Origin: a virus
Lineage: Duplodnaviria; Heunggongvirae; Uroviricota; Caudoviricetes
DNA length: 64,000 nt
Direction: 5' to 3' (one strand)
IMG/VR virus record: IMGVR_UViG_3300042870_001966
The notes under the pieces were generated by a model. The model saw only the letters and a list, made by a program, of their open reading frames with translations. It was not told the origin of the DNA and made no database searches. How positions within the stretch are numbered: the first letter of the stretch is position 1; each line of letters starts with the position of its first letter. Shown here in pieces: positions 9,465-18,765 of the stretch. The translations under genes and the position numbers were made by a program.

Positions 9465-10184
9465 TTAATTTTTGAAGATATTCTTCTTAATCATTCTCAC
9501 CACTATCCTAGACGATGCTGTCTCTAACGCCTTTTTAGTTGTAATACCAATGGTAGATTGGTTAAATTTAATTTCACTATCGTCCACTCCATCTAAAATA
9601 GAAACGGTTTTAATAGTGGAAGCTTCGCCTAATCCTGAACCAACTAGAACTTCTCCAGTCTCAGCATCAACGAATTTTACCTGTAAACCCAGTCGAGTTG
9701 TTTGAGTTGTTTTAGACTCGCCGTTTATTCTAACGACTTCATCTTCTGATACAGAGAAATCGTAAACTTCAATATAGACAAAGTATTTTGCTAACTTGAT
9801 TTTACCACGGCCGTCTAGTTTATTCTCAGTGAATCCTTTATCAGACGCTTTAAATTGACTAATCATTCTCTCTTTAATTTCAAGTTTGTCTTCAGTAAAT
9901 ACAAAACGGTTTGTGTATTCCAAATATTCCAATACAATATTTGTTACACCAAGACCAACCCGTTTATCCTTTAACTCAGGATACATTTCGTAAAGCTCCT
10001 CATTAATTCCAATCTTTAATAATTGAATAGGAATTTTAATTGTGTCAGTATATTCCGGAACAGAGTCAATTGACATCTTCTTTTCAAAAGAAGCTCGGTA
10101 CTGCTCAGTCTTGATTGAACCAGGCTGAGCAATACATAAGCTTACTGAGAAAAGCATTATTAAGATAAGTGCTAATCTCTTCAT
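9465..10184 (-). CDS. secreted lipoprotein-like protein
   Basis: Signal peptide ..SLCIAQ. Confidence 0.5.
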   Translation of the reverse strand: MKRLALILIMLFSVSLCIAQPGSIKTEQYRASFEKKMSIDSVPEYTDTIKIPIQLLKIGINEELYEMYPELKDKRVGLGVTNIVLEYLEYTNRFVFTEDKLEIKERMISQFKASDKGFTENKLDGRGKIKLAKYFVYIEVYDFSVSEDEVVRINGESKTTQTTRLGLQVKFVDAETGEVLVGSGLGEASTIKTVSILDGVDDSEIKFNQSTIGITTKKALETASSRIVVRMIKKNIFKN

Positions 10185-10186
10185 GA

Positions 10187-10549
10187 TTATTCGGTTACGT
10201 TATTTGAAGTAGTATTAGAAAGAGATACTCCATCTTCTTCGTCAACCTTTTGAATTAACATTTTATCACGATCTTCTGAATTGAACCAGTAGTCAACTAC
10301 TTTATTTAGGTTACCAACAAAGGCTCCCAATAAAAGAAGTAGTAATTCTTTCCAATCTTCTGCGATTGTTACTCCAAAAAATACAGCTGAATTAATTCCA
10401 GCAATAATAAAGAAGAAAAGAAATAGAACGATTCCTGTAATTTTCCAACGGTTTGACTGCATTTGTTGTAGCATGTAGTAGAAGCGATTCTTGTCTTCAA
10501 CCTTTACGTATGCAGATTCACCGATTAATAATTTTTTCAAATTAGACAT
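10187..10549 (-). CDS. membrane protein
   Basis: Two hydrophobic helices. Confidence 0.45.
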   Translation of the reverse strand: MSNLKKLLIGESAYVKVEDKNRFYYMLQQMQSNRWKITGIVLFLFFFIIAGINSAVFFGVTIAEDWKELLLLLLGAFVGNLNKVVDYWFNSEDRDKMLIQKVDEEDGVSLSNTTSNNVTE

Positions 10550-10574
10550 TGTAGTAGTAGTTTATTTTTAGTTC

Positions 10575-10607
10575 TGAAAATAAAAAGGCGGACGTTAATC
10601 CGCCTTC
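10575..10607 (-). terminator. rho-independent terminator (minus strand)
   Basis: AAGGCGGA..TCCGCCTT hairpin with T-run on the minus strand. Confidence 0.6.
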
Positions 10608-10610
10608 TGA

Positions 10611-10952
10611 TTACCAAGGAGCGTCTTCAGACTCGCTCTTCTTCTTTTCCGCTGGTTTTTCAGCTGGAGCTTTCTCAACAACTCTCTCACGGATTACTGT
10701 GTTAGTTCCGCCTGATTGTTTTTGTTGATTTGTATTATTGTTTTCAAGATTAACGTTGATAACTGGTTGAGCTGCTGGTGCAACCTGTTCAGTTTTCGTT
10801 TCTTCTTTTTCATGGTCACCTCCGTTAAATAGAGTAGTTGTAAGCCATGTACCTCCAGCTAAAACTGCCGTAGAGATCGTACCGATCAGGGTCTTCTTAA
10901 GACCTGACCATGTTCCATCATTTGTTTCTGCTGCGTTTGTTTCCTCAGACAT
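10611..10952 (-). CDS. small membrane-anchored protein
   Basis: One TM segment. Terminator lies downstream. Confidence 0.4.
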   Translation of the reverse strand: MSEETNAAETNDGTWSGLKKTLIGTISTAVLAGGTWLTTTLFNGGDHEKEETKTEQVAPAAQPVINVNLENNNTNQQKQSGGTNTVIRERVVEKAPAEKPAEKKKSESEDAPW

Positions 10953-10959
10953 TGTTTGT

Positions 10960-12882
10960 TTATTTTTTTATGATTTTAGTAGAGTTAATTTGATCAACTG
11001 CCTGTAAAGAAGCAACGTATAATCCGCTAGTTAACTGATTAATATTGGAAGAGTATACGTATTTTCCAGCTGGCATGTCTTGATCAAGTATAACAAATTG
11101 TTCTGATCCGTTTAGGTCAACGATTACTAACTTAACCATTCCGCTATTCTTAACTGAGAAGTCAAAGCTTATCTCTCCAGTAGTTGGATTGGGAAATGCG
11201 GTAATTTCAAAGTTATCCAATTGACCAGAAGGTCCAGCCATTTTAGCAACGATTAAGATGCCGTTTGCTGCGGTGATTGATAAATCCCTAGATTGATTGT
11301 CTCCTGAGAATTTTCTAGAAGTATACAAAGGCGATGCCTCCCAATCAATTTGAGGTTTAAGTGCGATAAATCTCAATTTAAAAACTTCATAATTATCTGG
11401 AATCATGTAGCTTTTGTTAGCTGATGGATCGTAACCGGCCCATTCGATAATTCCGCCAGTTGGATTGAATGAAGACATCCACTGCATTGATTTAGCAGAG
11501 TTAGTAATGTCTTTAAATTCCAATAAGGTCTGATCGTATAACATTGCTAATTGAAGAGACGAAATATCCTTTCCTCCAGTTTTAACAGTAACCGGTATTT
11601 CTACTAGATTTCCTGAATTTACAGAAAGATTAGGAAGATTAACTTCAATTGAGCTCGTTGGAAAATCGTATTCAACTGTCATATCAATTACGTTTTCAGT
11701 TTGAGCTGGGGTTCCAGCCGGTGGATTGATCATTACTTCAATTGGCGTTAAACGAGCCATGTTGTAACCCGTACCGTTTGCATCTCCTGGAACAAGTACG
11801 TAATATTGAACTGAATCAGGTTGTCCTGGTAAAATGTCGTAGTAGAAGTTTGTTACTCCAGCATAAGTTGAAGTATAGTTAGTCGATGGAGATCCTGTGA
11901 TTGTTGTGTATTGGGCAGCAGTAAAGAACTTAACATCCTCAACGGCATTAGGCCATTCAGTGAATCTTCCAGCAATTCTACCAAATACTCCGTATGCATC
12001 AGTTATTGTTACGTTAGTTGAACCGTTAACATCTGCTGTATAGAAGTCGAATCCGGAAGGAGTCGCTGACCCTAACACCCATTGATTAATTAATTGAGCA
12101 TCTGCTGTTGATATAACGTTTCCTACCGTCATCGTATCACCTTTAATTGCAAGGCGTACATCATAATAAGTAGTATCAATAATTTCGCTAAATGCAAAAT
12201 TTCCACTTAGGTCAGTTACGTACGTATCATGAGTTCCCCAAGTACCTCCAGCTTTTACCTTTTTCTCAAGAGCTAAAGTTAAGTTCTTTGCTCCAGTTCC
12301 AGTAACGTTTGTAAATTTACCATGGAAGTCTAAAGTAGGCTGTTCCCATACACCGCCGTAGCTATGCTTGCTTAGAGTAGTATCTAAACCTGTCTGAGAT
12401 GCAGCGAGTGTAGTAAAAGAAGCTGCGCCACTAAACGTAAGAGCACTGATTGAGGGTAACGCATAAAACGATGCAGCTGCAACGTGAGTAAAGGTTATTT
12501 CAAAGGTTTCACCGTCCGCTAGAGTATAAGTACTGCTGTTTCCAGTATACACTAATGAAAGGGTTACGTAACCGGTAGCATTACTATCTACTGACTGTAA
12601 ATATAAGTTAGTAGGCGATCCAACTAGCGCAACTGATGCACTAGCAAATGCATCCTTATCGTAAAATATTCGAGTTTGAATACCTGTGTATTTTGAGATA
12701 GTTGCATTCTTTAGCGTGATTCTGGCTTTGGACTGACCTAGCGTACTTGTACCAACTTGATATGTCGTATCAATGATTGTCCAAATTCCTGCGCCTGGGG
12801 CAGGAGGTCCACTTTGAGCATAAACTCCAGTAGAGAGTGCGCACGTGACTAGTGCGAATAGAATAAAGATTATTTTTTTCAT
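10960..12882 (-). CDS. secreted protein with T9SS C-terminal sorting domain
   Basis: Signal peptide ..VYAQ. C-terminal FPNPTTGEISF...SGLYVASL...KIIKK matches the type-A T9SS C-terminal domain. Confidence 0.65.
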   Translation of the reverse strand: MKKIIFILFALVTCALSTGVYAQSGPPAPGAGIWTIIDTTYQVGTSTLGQSKARITLKNATISKYTGIQTRIFYDKDAFASASVALVGSPTNLYLQSVDSNATGYVTLSLVYTGNSSTYTLADGETFEITFTHVAAASFYALPSISALTFSGAASFTTLAASQTGLDTTLSKHSYGGVWEQPTLDFHGKFTNVTGTGAKNLTLALEKKVKAGGTWGTHDTYVTDLSGNFAFSEIIDTTYYDVRLAIKGDTMTVGNVISTADAQLINQWVLGSATPSGFDFYTADVNGSTNVTITDAYGVFGRIAGRFTEWPNAVEDVKFFTAAQYTTITGSPSTNYTSTYAGVTNFYYDILPGQPDSVQYYVLVPGDANGTGYNMARLTPIEVMINPPAGTPAQTENVIDMTVEYDFPTSSIEVNLPNLSVNSGNLVEIPVTVKTGGKDISSLQLAMLYDQTLLEFKDITNSAKSMQWMSSFNPTGGIIEWAGYDPSANKSYMIPDNYEVFKLRFIALKPQIDWEASPLYTSRKFSGDNQSRDLSITAANGILIVAKMAGPSGQLDNFEITAFPNPTTGEISFDFSVKNSGMVKLVIVDLNGSEQFVILDQDMPAGKYVYSSNINQLTSGLYVASLQAVDQINSTKIIKK

Positions 12883-12900
12883 CGAAGAACATTTGTTTTT

Positions 12901-13725
12901 TTATTTTAATAAAGCGTAATACTCGTTAAAGTGTTTAATACGGTCAGCCAAACCAATCGTTCCACCATTAACTCTCTTAGTTACCGCAGTTACAGCAGCA
13001 GTGTCTGCTCCTTTATCACAAATCGCCCATAAGCCATTAGACTGAAAAAAGAAAGCAGCCGATGCGAGTGGGTATTTTGTAGCGACTAGATCCGGATTAG
13101 CAACAGTATCCTCGCCGATAAATTTTGCAAAGTTTGTGTAATTCGATTTACCAGTCAATTGAATGTAACCGCGACCTCTGAATTTAAAACCTTCTTTCGA
13201 AGCTTCATCTCCATTACCCATTCTAGAAGCATACACTCTAGCAGCGATTTTTTCAGGTTGACGAGCATAAGACTCGTTTAAGTTACCAGGAAAATACTTT
13301 CCGAAGATCTTTTTAAGACCGTCAGCTGAATAGTTTAGATTCTCGTTAACTGCTTTGAATCCTCCACTTTCGTGTCCACATTGCGCAAGGAAGTGAGCTA
13401 ATCTTAAAGGATTAGTGATTCCGAATTTTGCAGCTGTGTCAGGAATTTGAGCGATTACTGCTGCTGGTACATGTCCAGCTAGTTTTTCAAGTTTAAAACT
13501 TGATGGTGGGATTGGCGTAGCTGCTGGAGCTGCAACTGGAGCTGCACCAAACATCTTAGCCCAAGTAGCATCTCCGACGATACCGTCAGGAGTAAGCCCG
13601 TTTGCTTGCTGCCATGCTTTGACAGCGGTTTCTGTTCCAGGTCCGAAGCTTCCATCTGCGCCTACTCCTAGGAGTGCTTGCATTTTGGCAACCTCTGGGC
13701 CATTAGATCCATTCTTTAATAGCAT
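12901..13725 (-). CDS. endolysin: PG_binding_1 domain plus GH19/chitinase-like lysozyme domain
   Basis: Peptidoglycan-binding repeat; LAQCGHESGGF catalytic region. Confidence 0.7.
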   Translation of the reverse strand: MLLKNGSNGPEVAKMQALLGVGADGSFGPGTETAVKAWQQANGLTPDGIVGDATWAKMFGAAPVAAPAATPIPPSSFKLEKLAGHVPAAVIAQIPDTAAKFGITNPLRLAHFLAQCGHESGGFKAVNENLNYSADGLKKIFGKYFPGNLNESYARQPEKIAARVYASRMGNGDEASKEGFKFRGRGYIQLTGKSNYTNFAKFIGEDTVANPDLVATKYPLASAAFFFQSNGLWAICDKGADTAAVTAVTKRVNGGTIGLADRIKHFNEYYALLK

Positions 13726-13774
13726 TTGAAAAGGGTTTTTTGTTATTTATCAATTACTGACCTAAAAAAGAGTC

Positions 13775-13803
13775 ATTAAAAAACCCCCAGTTTAAGCTGG
13801 GGG
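13775..13803 (-). terminator. rho-independent terminator (minus strand)
   Basis: CCCCCAG..CTGGGGG hairpin followed by A-run on plus (U-run on minus). Confidence 0.6.
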
Positions 13804-13825
13804 TTACTAGTAAACTCGTAAATTC

Positions 13826-14428
13826 TTAAACAATATCAGTTGATTCCAATAGAGTGTAAGTGAATGAATTTCCGTGGATTGCTTTAGCTAGATTTGCAAG
13901 TTTCATTAAGGCATTAAAGTCTGCAACCTTTTTAAATACTTGACAACCTTCGGACCAGTTTTCAACGTATTCAGATTGAGTTTTTGGGTTAGAGCGGTGA
14001 CCGTTAATTCCAAAGATTCCTTCTTGAATTGTTGTTTCGTCATACTTCATGTCTTTGTTTTTATCACGATAAACTTTAACTGGCTTAACCTGTCTTAGTG
14101 CTTCGTATTTGCCCTGGTGTAATCCAATCGCCCACATTCCACGATATTGTCCTGGAACTACTCGAGCAACTCCATTTGGATTGTGATATTCAAGCATAGC
14201 TTTCTTACCCGGATCAGTAGTTATTGGCCAGCAGTTAAATTGCCATACGCCGTTAACTTTATAAGAAGCAGTCATCCAATCGTCAAATAGATTAGTAACT
14301 TTATCTGCGATTGCCGCTGAGTTATTTCTAACCCCAACTAGATTTAGGTCATAGTCTTTGGCCCCTTCGAACCAAGCATAACCCTTTGCCTTAACTGCAG
14401 CCTCGATCATTTCTTTTGTGTAATTCAT
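13826..14428 (-). CDS. cell-wall enzyme, L,D-transpeptidase (YkuD)-like
   Basis: GINGHRS...SEGCQVF resembles His...SxGC catalytic pair. Confidence 0.4.
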   Translation of the reverse strand: MNYTKEMIEAAVKAKGYAWFEGAKDYDLNLVGVRNNSAAIADKVTNLFDDWMTASYKVNGVWQFNCWPITTDPGKKAMLEYHNPNGVARVVPGQYRGMWAIGLHQGKYEALRQVKPVKVYRDKNKDMKYDETTIQEGIFGINGHRSNPKTQSEYVENWSEGCQVFKKVADFNALMKLANLAKAIHGNSFTYTLLESTDIV

Positions 14429-14469
14429 AATATTTTCCTTTGTACTTTTTATTATTTAACTAACAGGCT

Positions 14470-14871
14470 ATGCTTAAAACTATGATAAATAACCTTACCG
14501 TGAGAGAATACATTAATAAGAAGAGTGCGAATCTTCTTTTGGGATGGTGTATTGAAAAGTATGGCCCAAGTAAGTACAACAATCTCAAAACGTTGAAGAT
14601 TCAGATTGATCCGAACCATATACATTTCGGAATGTATGAACCTTGTCAAAACACAATCATTTTAAATCCAAAAAGACACAGGTCGTTACTTTCTTGGTGC
14701 AGCACAGTAATCCATGAATACACCCATTTCAAACAGGACATGGAAAAATACGGAGAATACCGAACAAGTTACGAAAAACATCCATACGAGATAACGTGTA
14801 ATAAGAGAGGATATCGCGATCAACTTGAGGCCAGAAGATGGCTTATTCGGAAACTCTGCACAAATTCTTAG
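14470..14871 (+). CDS. hypothetical HExxH protein
   Basis: HEYTH motif. Confidence 0.4.
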   Translation: MLKTMINNLTVREYINKKSANLLLGWCIEKYGPSKYNNLKTLKIQIDPNHIHFGMYEPCQNTIILNPKRHRSLLSWCSTVIHEYTHFKQDMEKYGEYRTSYEKHPYEITCNKRGYRDQLEARRWLIRKLCTNS

Positions 14872-14912
14872 TATAATAATTCTCTAAATTAAAAACAAAA
14901 ATAACCAGAAAC

Positions 14913-15086
14913 ATGAAGAAATCAATTTTGCTTTTCGCTTTTGCACTAGTTGCAATGATCGCTATCACTAGCTGTTCTAACTCTGCTCCAGCTGACTCTA
15001 CTGTTACTGTTGCTGACTCAACTCTAGTTGACTCAACTTCAGTAACCACTGACTCAACTCTAGTTGACACAGTTACTGTAAAGTAA
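14913..15086 (+). CDS. small lipoprotein (57 aa)
   Basis: MKKSILLFAFALVAMIAITSC signal peptide plus lipobox. Not in ORF track because shorter than 60 aa. Terminator follows. Confidence 0.4.
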   Translation: MKKSILLFAFALVAMIAITSCSNSAPADSTVTVADSTLVDSTSVTTDSTLVDTVTVK

Positions 15087-15108
15087 TCAGAGAAACCTCT
15101 CGACTCTA

Positions 15109-15136
15109 AGTGCCTAGATTTCTAGGCATTTTTTGT
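15109..15136 (+). terminator. rho-independent terminator
   Basis: GCCTAGAtttCTAGGC followed by TTTTTTG. Confidence 0.6.
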
Positions 15137-15188
15137 TTAACTTGTTAAACCCTTTCGACTTTTATAGTAGAATAAATTAAACTGAAAT

Positions 15189-15434
15189 ATGGATCAAAAT
15201 GTCAGAGTCGGTCTTGAAAATTCAAGCCCAATCGTTTGCGAATCTTGCGGGAACGATACGTTTAAAGAAGCGAGCTACTTACGTAGAGTTTCTAAATTAT
15301 TAACAGGATCAGCTGAGGATATGATTGTCCCAGTTCCTACTTTTACCTGCTCAAAGTGCTCTCACGTAAATGAACAGTTTCAAGTAAAGGACGCTAAACC
15401 TCAATCAACTGACAAACCTAAAATTATCTCTTAA
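15189..15434 (+). CDS. zinc-ribbon protein
   Basis: CxxC...CxxC. Confidence 0.45.
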   Translation: MDQNVRVGLENSSPIVCESCGNDTFKEASYLRRVSKLLTGSAEDMIVPVPTFTCSKCSHVNEQFQVKDAKPQSTDKPKIIS

Positions 15435-15437
15435 CTT

Positions 15438-15716
15438 ATGTTAATTATAACAGACTATTGGGCTCCATGGTGCGGTCCTTGTAAAGTAATGATGCCAGCT
15501 ATTTCAGAATTATCGGAACGATTTAATGTACCTGATTCTCAAATTGAGATTAGAAAGGTAAACGTTGACGAAAATCCTGAACTTGCCAGTAAATTTGGAA
15601 TCAGGGGAATCCCTACTCTTATTTTTGTTAAAGACGATCAAGAAGTAAAGAGACTTAGTGGTCTTAGAACAAAGAATCAGATACTTGAAGAAATCGAAAC
15701 AATACAAAATTCATAA
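15438..15716 (+). CDS. trx: thioredoxin
   Basis: WCGPC active site. Confidence 0.85.
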   Translation: MLIITDYWAPWCGPCKVMMPAISELSERFNVPDSQIEIRKVNVDENPELASKFGIRGIPTLIFVKDDQEVKRLSGLRTKNQILEEIETIQNS

Positions 15717-16399
15717 TGGAAATTACATTTATAAGTGATACACATTGGATTGTATCTGATCCAGTTAATACAGAAGACCTAAATGATCTTCTGCCTGGAG
15801 GTCCTATCTTGGTCCACGCAGGTGATGTATCTGGGCGTGGAACTGAGCGTGAAATTAGAGTATTCCTTAAATGGTTTAGTTCACAACCCTATATGCATAA
15901 GATCCTAATTGCTGGAAACCACGACTTCTTTTTTGAGGTAGCAAAACCAGAGGAGGTTCAGGCTCTGCTTGCTGAGTATCCTGGAATTACCTACTTAAAT
16001 GATAGTGGCGTAACGATTGAGGGTATTAAATTCTGGGGAAGTCCAGTAACTCCATTCTTTCATAATTGGGCATTTAATCGATATGAAAATGAAATAGGTC
16101 CACATTGGGATCTTATTCCGGAAGGAATTGATGTTCTGATAACGCACGGGCCTCCTCATGGAATCTTGGATAAAACTATCAGAGAAGGTTGGAGCGTTGG
16201 TTGTAAAAGTCTAAAGGCTAAGGTTGATCAAATTAAACCCCAAGTTCATGTATTCGGCCACATACACGAAGAGATGGGCCAAGTAGAAATAGGCGGTACT
16301 ACATTTATTAATGCGTCAGTGGTCGATGAACGATATCGACTATGGCATAATCGCCCGCCAGTTATTAACGTTGAACCAAGATCAGAAAATTTAGTATAA
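15716..16399 (+). CDS. calcineurin-like metallophosphoesterase
   Basis: DTH...GDVSGRG...GNHD...HGPP...GHIHE motifs. Confidence 0.7.
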   Translation: MEITFISDTHWIVSDPVNTEDLNDLLPGGPILVHAGDVSGRGTEREIRVFLKWFSSQPYMHKILIAGNHDFFFEVAKPEEVQALLAEYPGITYLNDSGVTIEGIKFWGSPVTPFFHNWAFNRYENEIGPHWDLIPEGIDVLITHGPPHGILDKTIREGWSVGCKSLKAKVDQIKPQVHVFGHIHEEMGQVEIGGTTFINASVVDERYRLWHNRPPVINVEPRSENLV

Positions 16400-16403
16400 T
16401 AAC
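16393..16403 (+). promoter_or_regulatory. recurrent promoter-like motif AGTATAATAAC
   Basis: One of at least 9 copies of (A/G)GTATAATAAC, each 4-60 nt upstream of a start codon or tRNA. Confidence 0.45.
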
Positions 16404-16406
16404 TCT

Positions 16407-16625
16407 ATGGAAATAGAAACTAATAAACCACGAGTTGTTTGGAATCCTGGAATTTATTCAATCTTTGCACTGCTAACTGCGATGATCGGTTATCAGATTC
16501 ACAATAGCATTTTTTGGGCGATCATGGACTTCTTTTTCATGCCATTCGCTTGGATTAAATGGTTAATCATGCATGAAGTAAATATCACAATCATTAAGGA
16601 AACGTTTTCCTTTTTTCTAAAATAA
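16407..16625 (+). CDS. small membrane protein
   Basis: Two TM segments. Confidence 0.35.
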   Translation: MEIETNKPRVVWNPGIYSIFALLTAMIGYQIHNSIFWAIMDFFFMPFAWIKWLIMHEVNITIIKETFSFFLK

Positions 16626-16633
16626 AAATCAAT

Positions 16634-16897
16634 ATGAAAAAATTAGTAATTTTAACAGCGATCCTATTCTCATTCGCTTCATGTACTGAAAACTCGCGAG
16701 TTAAAAACTTCGGCGGTGAAGGCACTATCAATTTACCAAAGGGCAGAAAATTGGTAACTGTAACGTGGAAAGAGACTCAAATCTGGTATTTGACTCGGCC
16801 GATGGATTCAAGTGATGTTGCTCAAACCTATCAGTTCCATGAAGAATCGAGTTATGGCGTAATGGAAGGTACGTATAATATAATCGAGTCTAAGTAA
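16634..16897 (+). CDS. lipoprotein
   Basis: Signal peptide plus lipobox FASC. Confidence 0.45.
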   Translation: MKKLVILTAILFSFASCTENSRVKNFGGEGTINLPKGRKLVTVTWKETQIWYLTRPMDSSDVAQTYQFHEESSYGVMEGTYNIIESK

Positions 16898-16903
16898 CTC
16901 AAA

Positions 16904-16991
16904 GGAGGATTGGCAGAGTGGTCGATCGCGGCAGTCTTGAAAACTGTTGTACCGCAAGGTACCGTAGGTTCGAATCCTACATCCTCCGCCA
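16904..16991 (+). tRNA. tRNA-Ser(TGA), type II, CCA encoded
   Basis: Manual fold: acceptor GGAGGAT/ATCCTCC, anticodon loop CTTGAAA, long variable arm, T-loop TTCGAAT. Confidence 0.75.
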
Positions 16992-17007
16992 AAAAAATCA
17001 ATAAACA

Positions 17008-17196
17008 ATGGGACTATTCGGAGCAATCGCTAATATAGCAAGCGCAACAGTAAAAACAGCATTGTCACCAATCGCAGTCGTAAAGGATGCAGTTGACGTG
17101 GCAACCGGTGGCGAAGCTACCGCAACAAAGGATTTAATAAACTCGGTCGGCGAAGACTTATCTGACGCAGTCGATGAGGTAGTTGATCCTTATTAA
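17008..17196 (+). CDS. small hypothetical protein
   Basis: ORF after tRNA-Ser. Confidence 0.3.
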   Translation: MGLFGAIANIASATVKTALSPIAVVKDAVDVATGGEATATKDLINSVGEDLSDAVDEVVDPY

Positions 17197-17210
17197 AAAA
17201 ATAACAGTAT

Positions 17211-17909
17211 ATGTTAATTAAAAATCAAACGCCATACCTTGGCAAAATTCAGTTGAAGTTCGAGAGATTTCCTCACTACACTGGCAAAACTAAATTAAAT
17301 AAGATCCACTTGGATCTGGGATTTACTAAGTTAGTAAGCCGAATCCGACCTGAAAGAGATTTGGAAGGTTGGGCTGTAAATCCTGAATGTATTAAACAAA
17401 TTGAAGCAACTACTGGGCTAAAGGTAGGAGTTCATAAGTTCGGACCAGACGATGAGTACTCATTACCCAATTCATGCATGAATCCAGACGGAGTTTACGT
17501 TGGATCAATTGAAGAAGGTTGGTGGTACTACAACAATGGCCTCAGAGCAACAAAGGGATCTCATCCTCATACTGCATGGAGTAAGAAGGCAAAGCAGTGG
17601 ATTGGTTATTCTCACCGTGCTTCTTGTGCATTCGGAAAAGGCGATAAACTATTTGATGCTAAATGGAAACCTGCTGAACAAGACCTTCCTCAATACGAAA
17701 AGTTCTACGGCAAGCACCTGGACTCGTATTATAAAGAGTGCGAAGAATGGGCAAAGAGTACCTCTGACCATAAAGCGTCAGAAGAAGAAATGACCCTTGC
17801 TGGTTGGGCAGTAGATCATATTCCTTTTAGACTACGTGGTGCTAAGACAATTCATTCGTATGAAGATGCTTACAAGGCAGCAGTTAACTTTGCAAAATAC
17901 GTATCGTAA
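17211..17909 (+). CDS. hypothetical protein
   Basis: ORF only. Confidence 0.5.
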   Translation: MLIKNQTPYLGKIQLKFERFPHYTGKTKLNKIHLDLGFTKLVSRIRPERDLEGWAVNPECIKQIEATTGLKVGVHKFGPDDEYSLPNSCMNPDGVYVGSIEEGWWYYNNGLRATKGSHPHTAWSKKAKQWIGYSHRASCAFGKGDKLFDAKWKPAEQDLPQYEKFYGKHLDSYYKECEEWAKSTSDHKASEEEMTLAGWAVDHIPFRLRGAKTIHSYEDAYKAAVNFAKYVS

Positions 17910-18166
17910 TGGCAAAAGGCTCTATATTAAATGCACTAAAGAACGAGGCGGACATGAAACGTCTCGTTCTTGAGTTTACTGAGAAATTAGAACATGACCC
18001 GTACCAACCGGGGCTAGTTCATCCGGAAGTCTATCCGGACGATGTTCAGGAAGTACTTGAAGATCTACTGTGGATTAGGGGATTCGATGAAGCGACTATC
18101 AGAGTTAGAAAGAATCCAGATGGAGTATCTGTATCAGTAGAAGTTTTGGGCAGAACTAAGGGATAA
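17909..18166 (+). CDS. hypothetical protein
   Basis: ORF only. Confidence 0.45.
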   Translation: MAKGSILNALKNEADMKRLVLEFTEKLEHDPYQPGLVHPEVYPDDVQEVLEDLLWIRGFDEATIRVRKNPDGVSVSVEVLGRTKG

Positions 18167-18187
18167 ATAATAAAAATAAGATCCCTA

Positions 18188-18739
18188 ATGAAACTTAAGA
18201 GATTTTCACAATTTGTAAAAGAGAGCTTGATAACAGAATCTTCGTCAGTTATTGAAGTTGAAGAAAATATATTCTTAATAGACGAAATAATCTACATAAT
18301 TTGGCTTGTTACACTAGACGTATCTTTCGATTATGAGCCTGACGATAGCAGTGTCGGATTCGTTGGCGGCTATTCAGTTGATGATGTTGACTTTGATGGA
18401 GTAGACGGAGTGTATAAAGTAACTGATCCTTCAGTAATTTCGCAGGTTAAAGCCATGCTAGATTCCCCTGAAGCTGAAGAGTTAAAAAGCATGGGATTTG
18501 AAGGAGCTGATGAATATGCAGCAATTGGCGATTTAATATACGATGCAGAGCAAGAAGAAATTACAGGAGAAGAGCTCAAGGACTTCATTAATAAATTCAA
18601 AGCTCTTTACGATTCAAATACTCTAGTCGATTTAACTGGTACTTTCAAAAAAAGAACTGACTCTGCTCTCGATAGAGCGGTTGAGGATTTTGAACCTGAT
18701 GAGCCTGACTACGATGATTACGACGATGATCGTTATTAA
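18188..18739 (+). CDS. acidic protein with CTS-like N-terminus (MKLKRFSQFVKE)
   Basis: Shares N-terminal motif with 18766, 40926, 43623 and 63082. ATAAATAA lies upstream. Confidence 0.55.
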   Translation: MKLKRFSQFVKESLITESSSVIEVEENIFLIDEIIYIIWLVTLDVSFDYEPDDSSVGFVGGYSVDDVDFDGVDGVYKVTDPSVISQVKAMLDSPEAEELKSMGFEGADEYAAIGDLIYDAEQEEITGEELKDFINKFKALYDSNTLVDLTGTFKKRTDSALDRAVEDFEPDEPDYDDYDDDRY

Positions 18740-18765
18740 TAAATAAACAAAAATTACTTTTTAAA

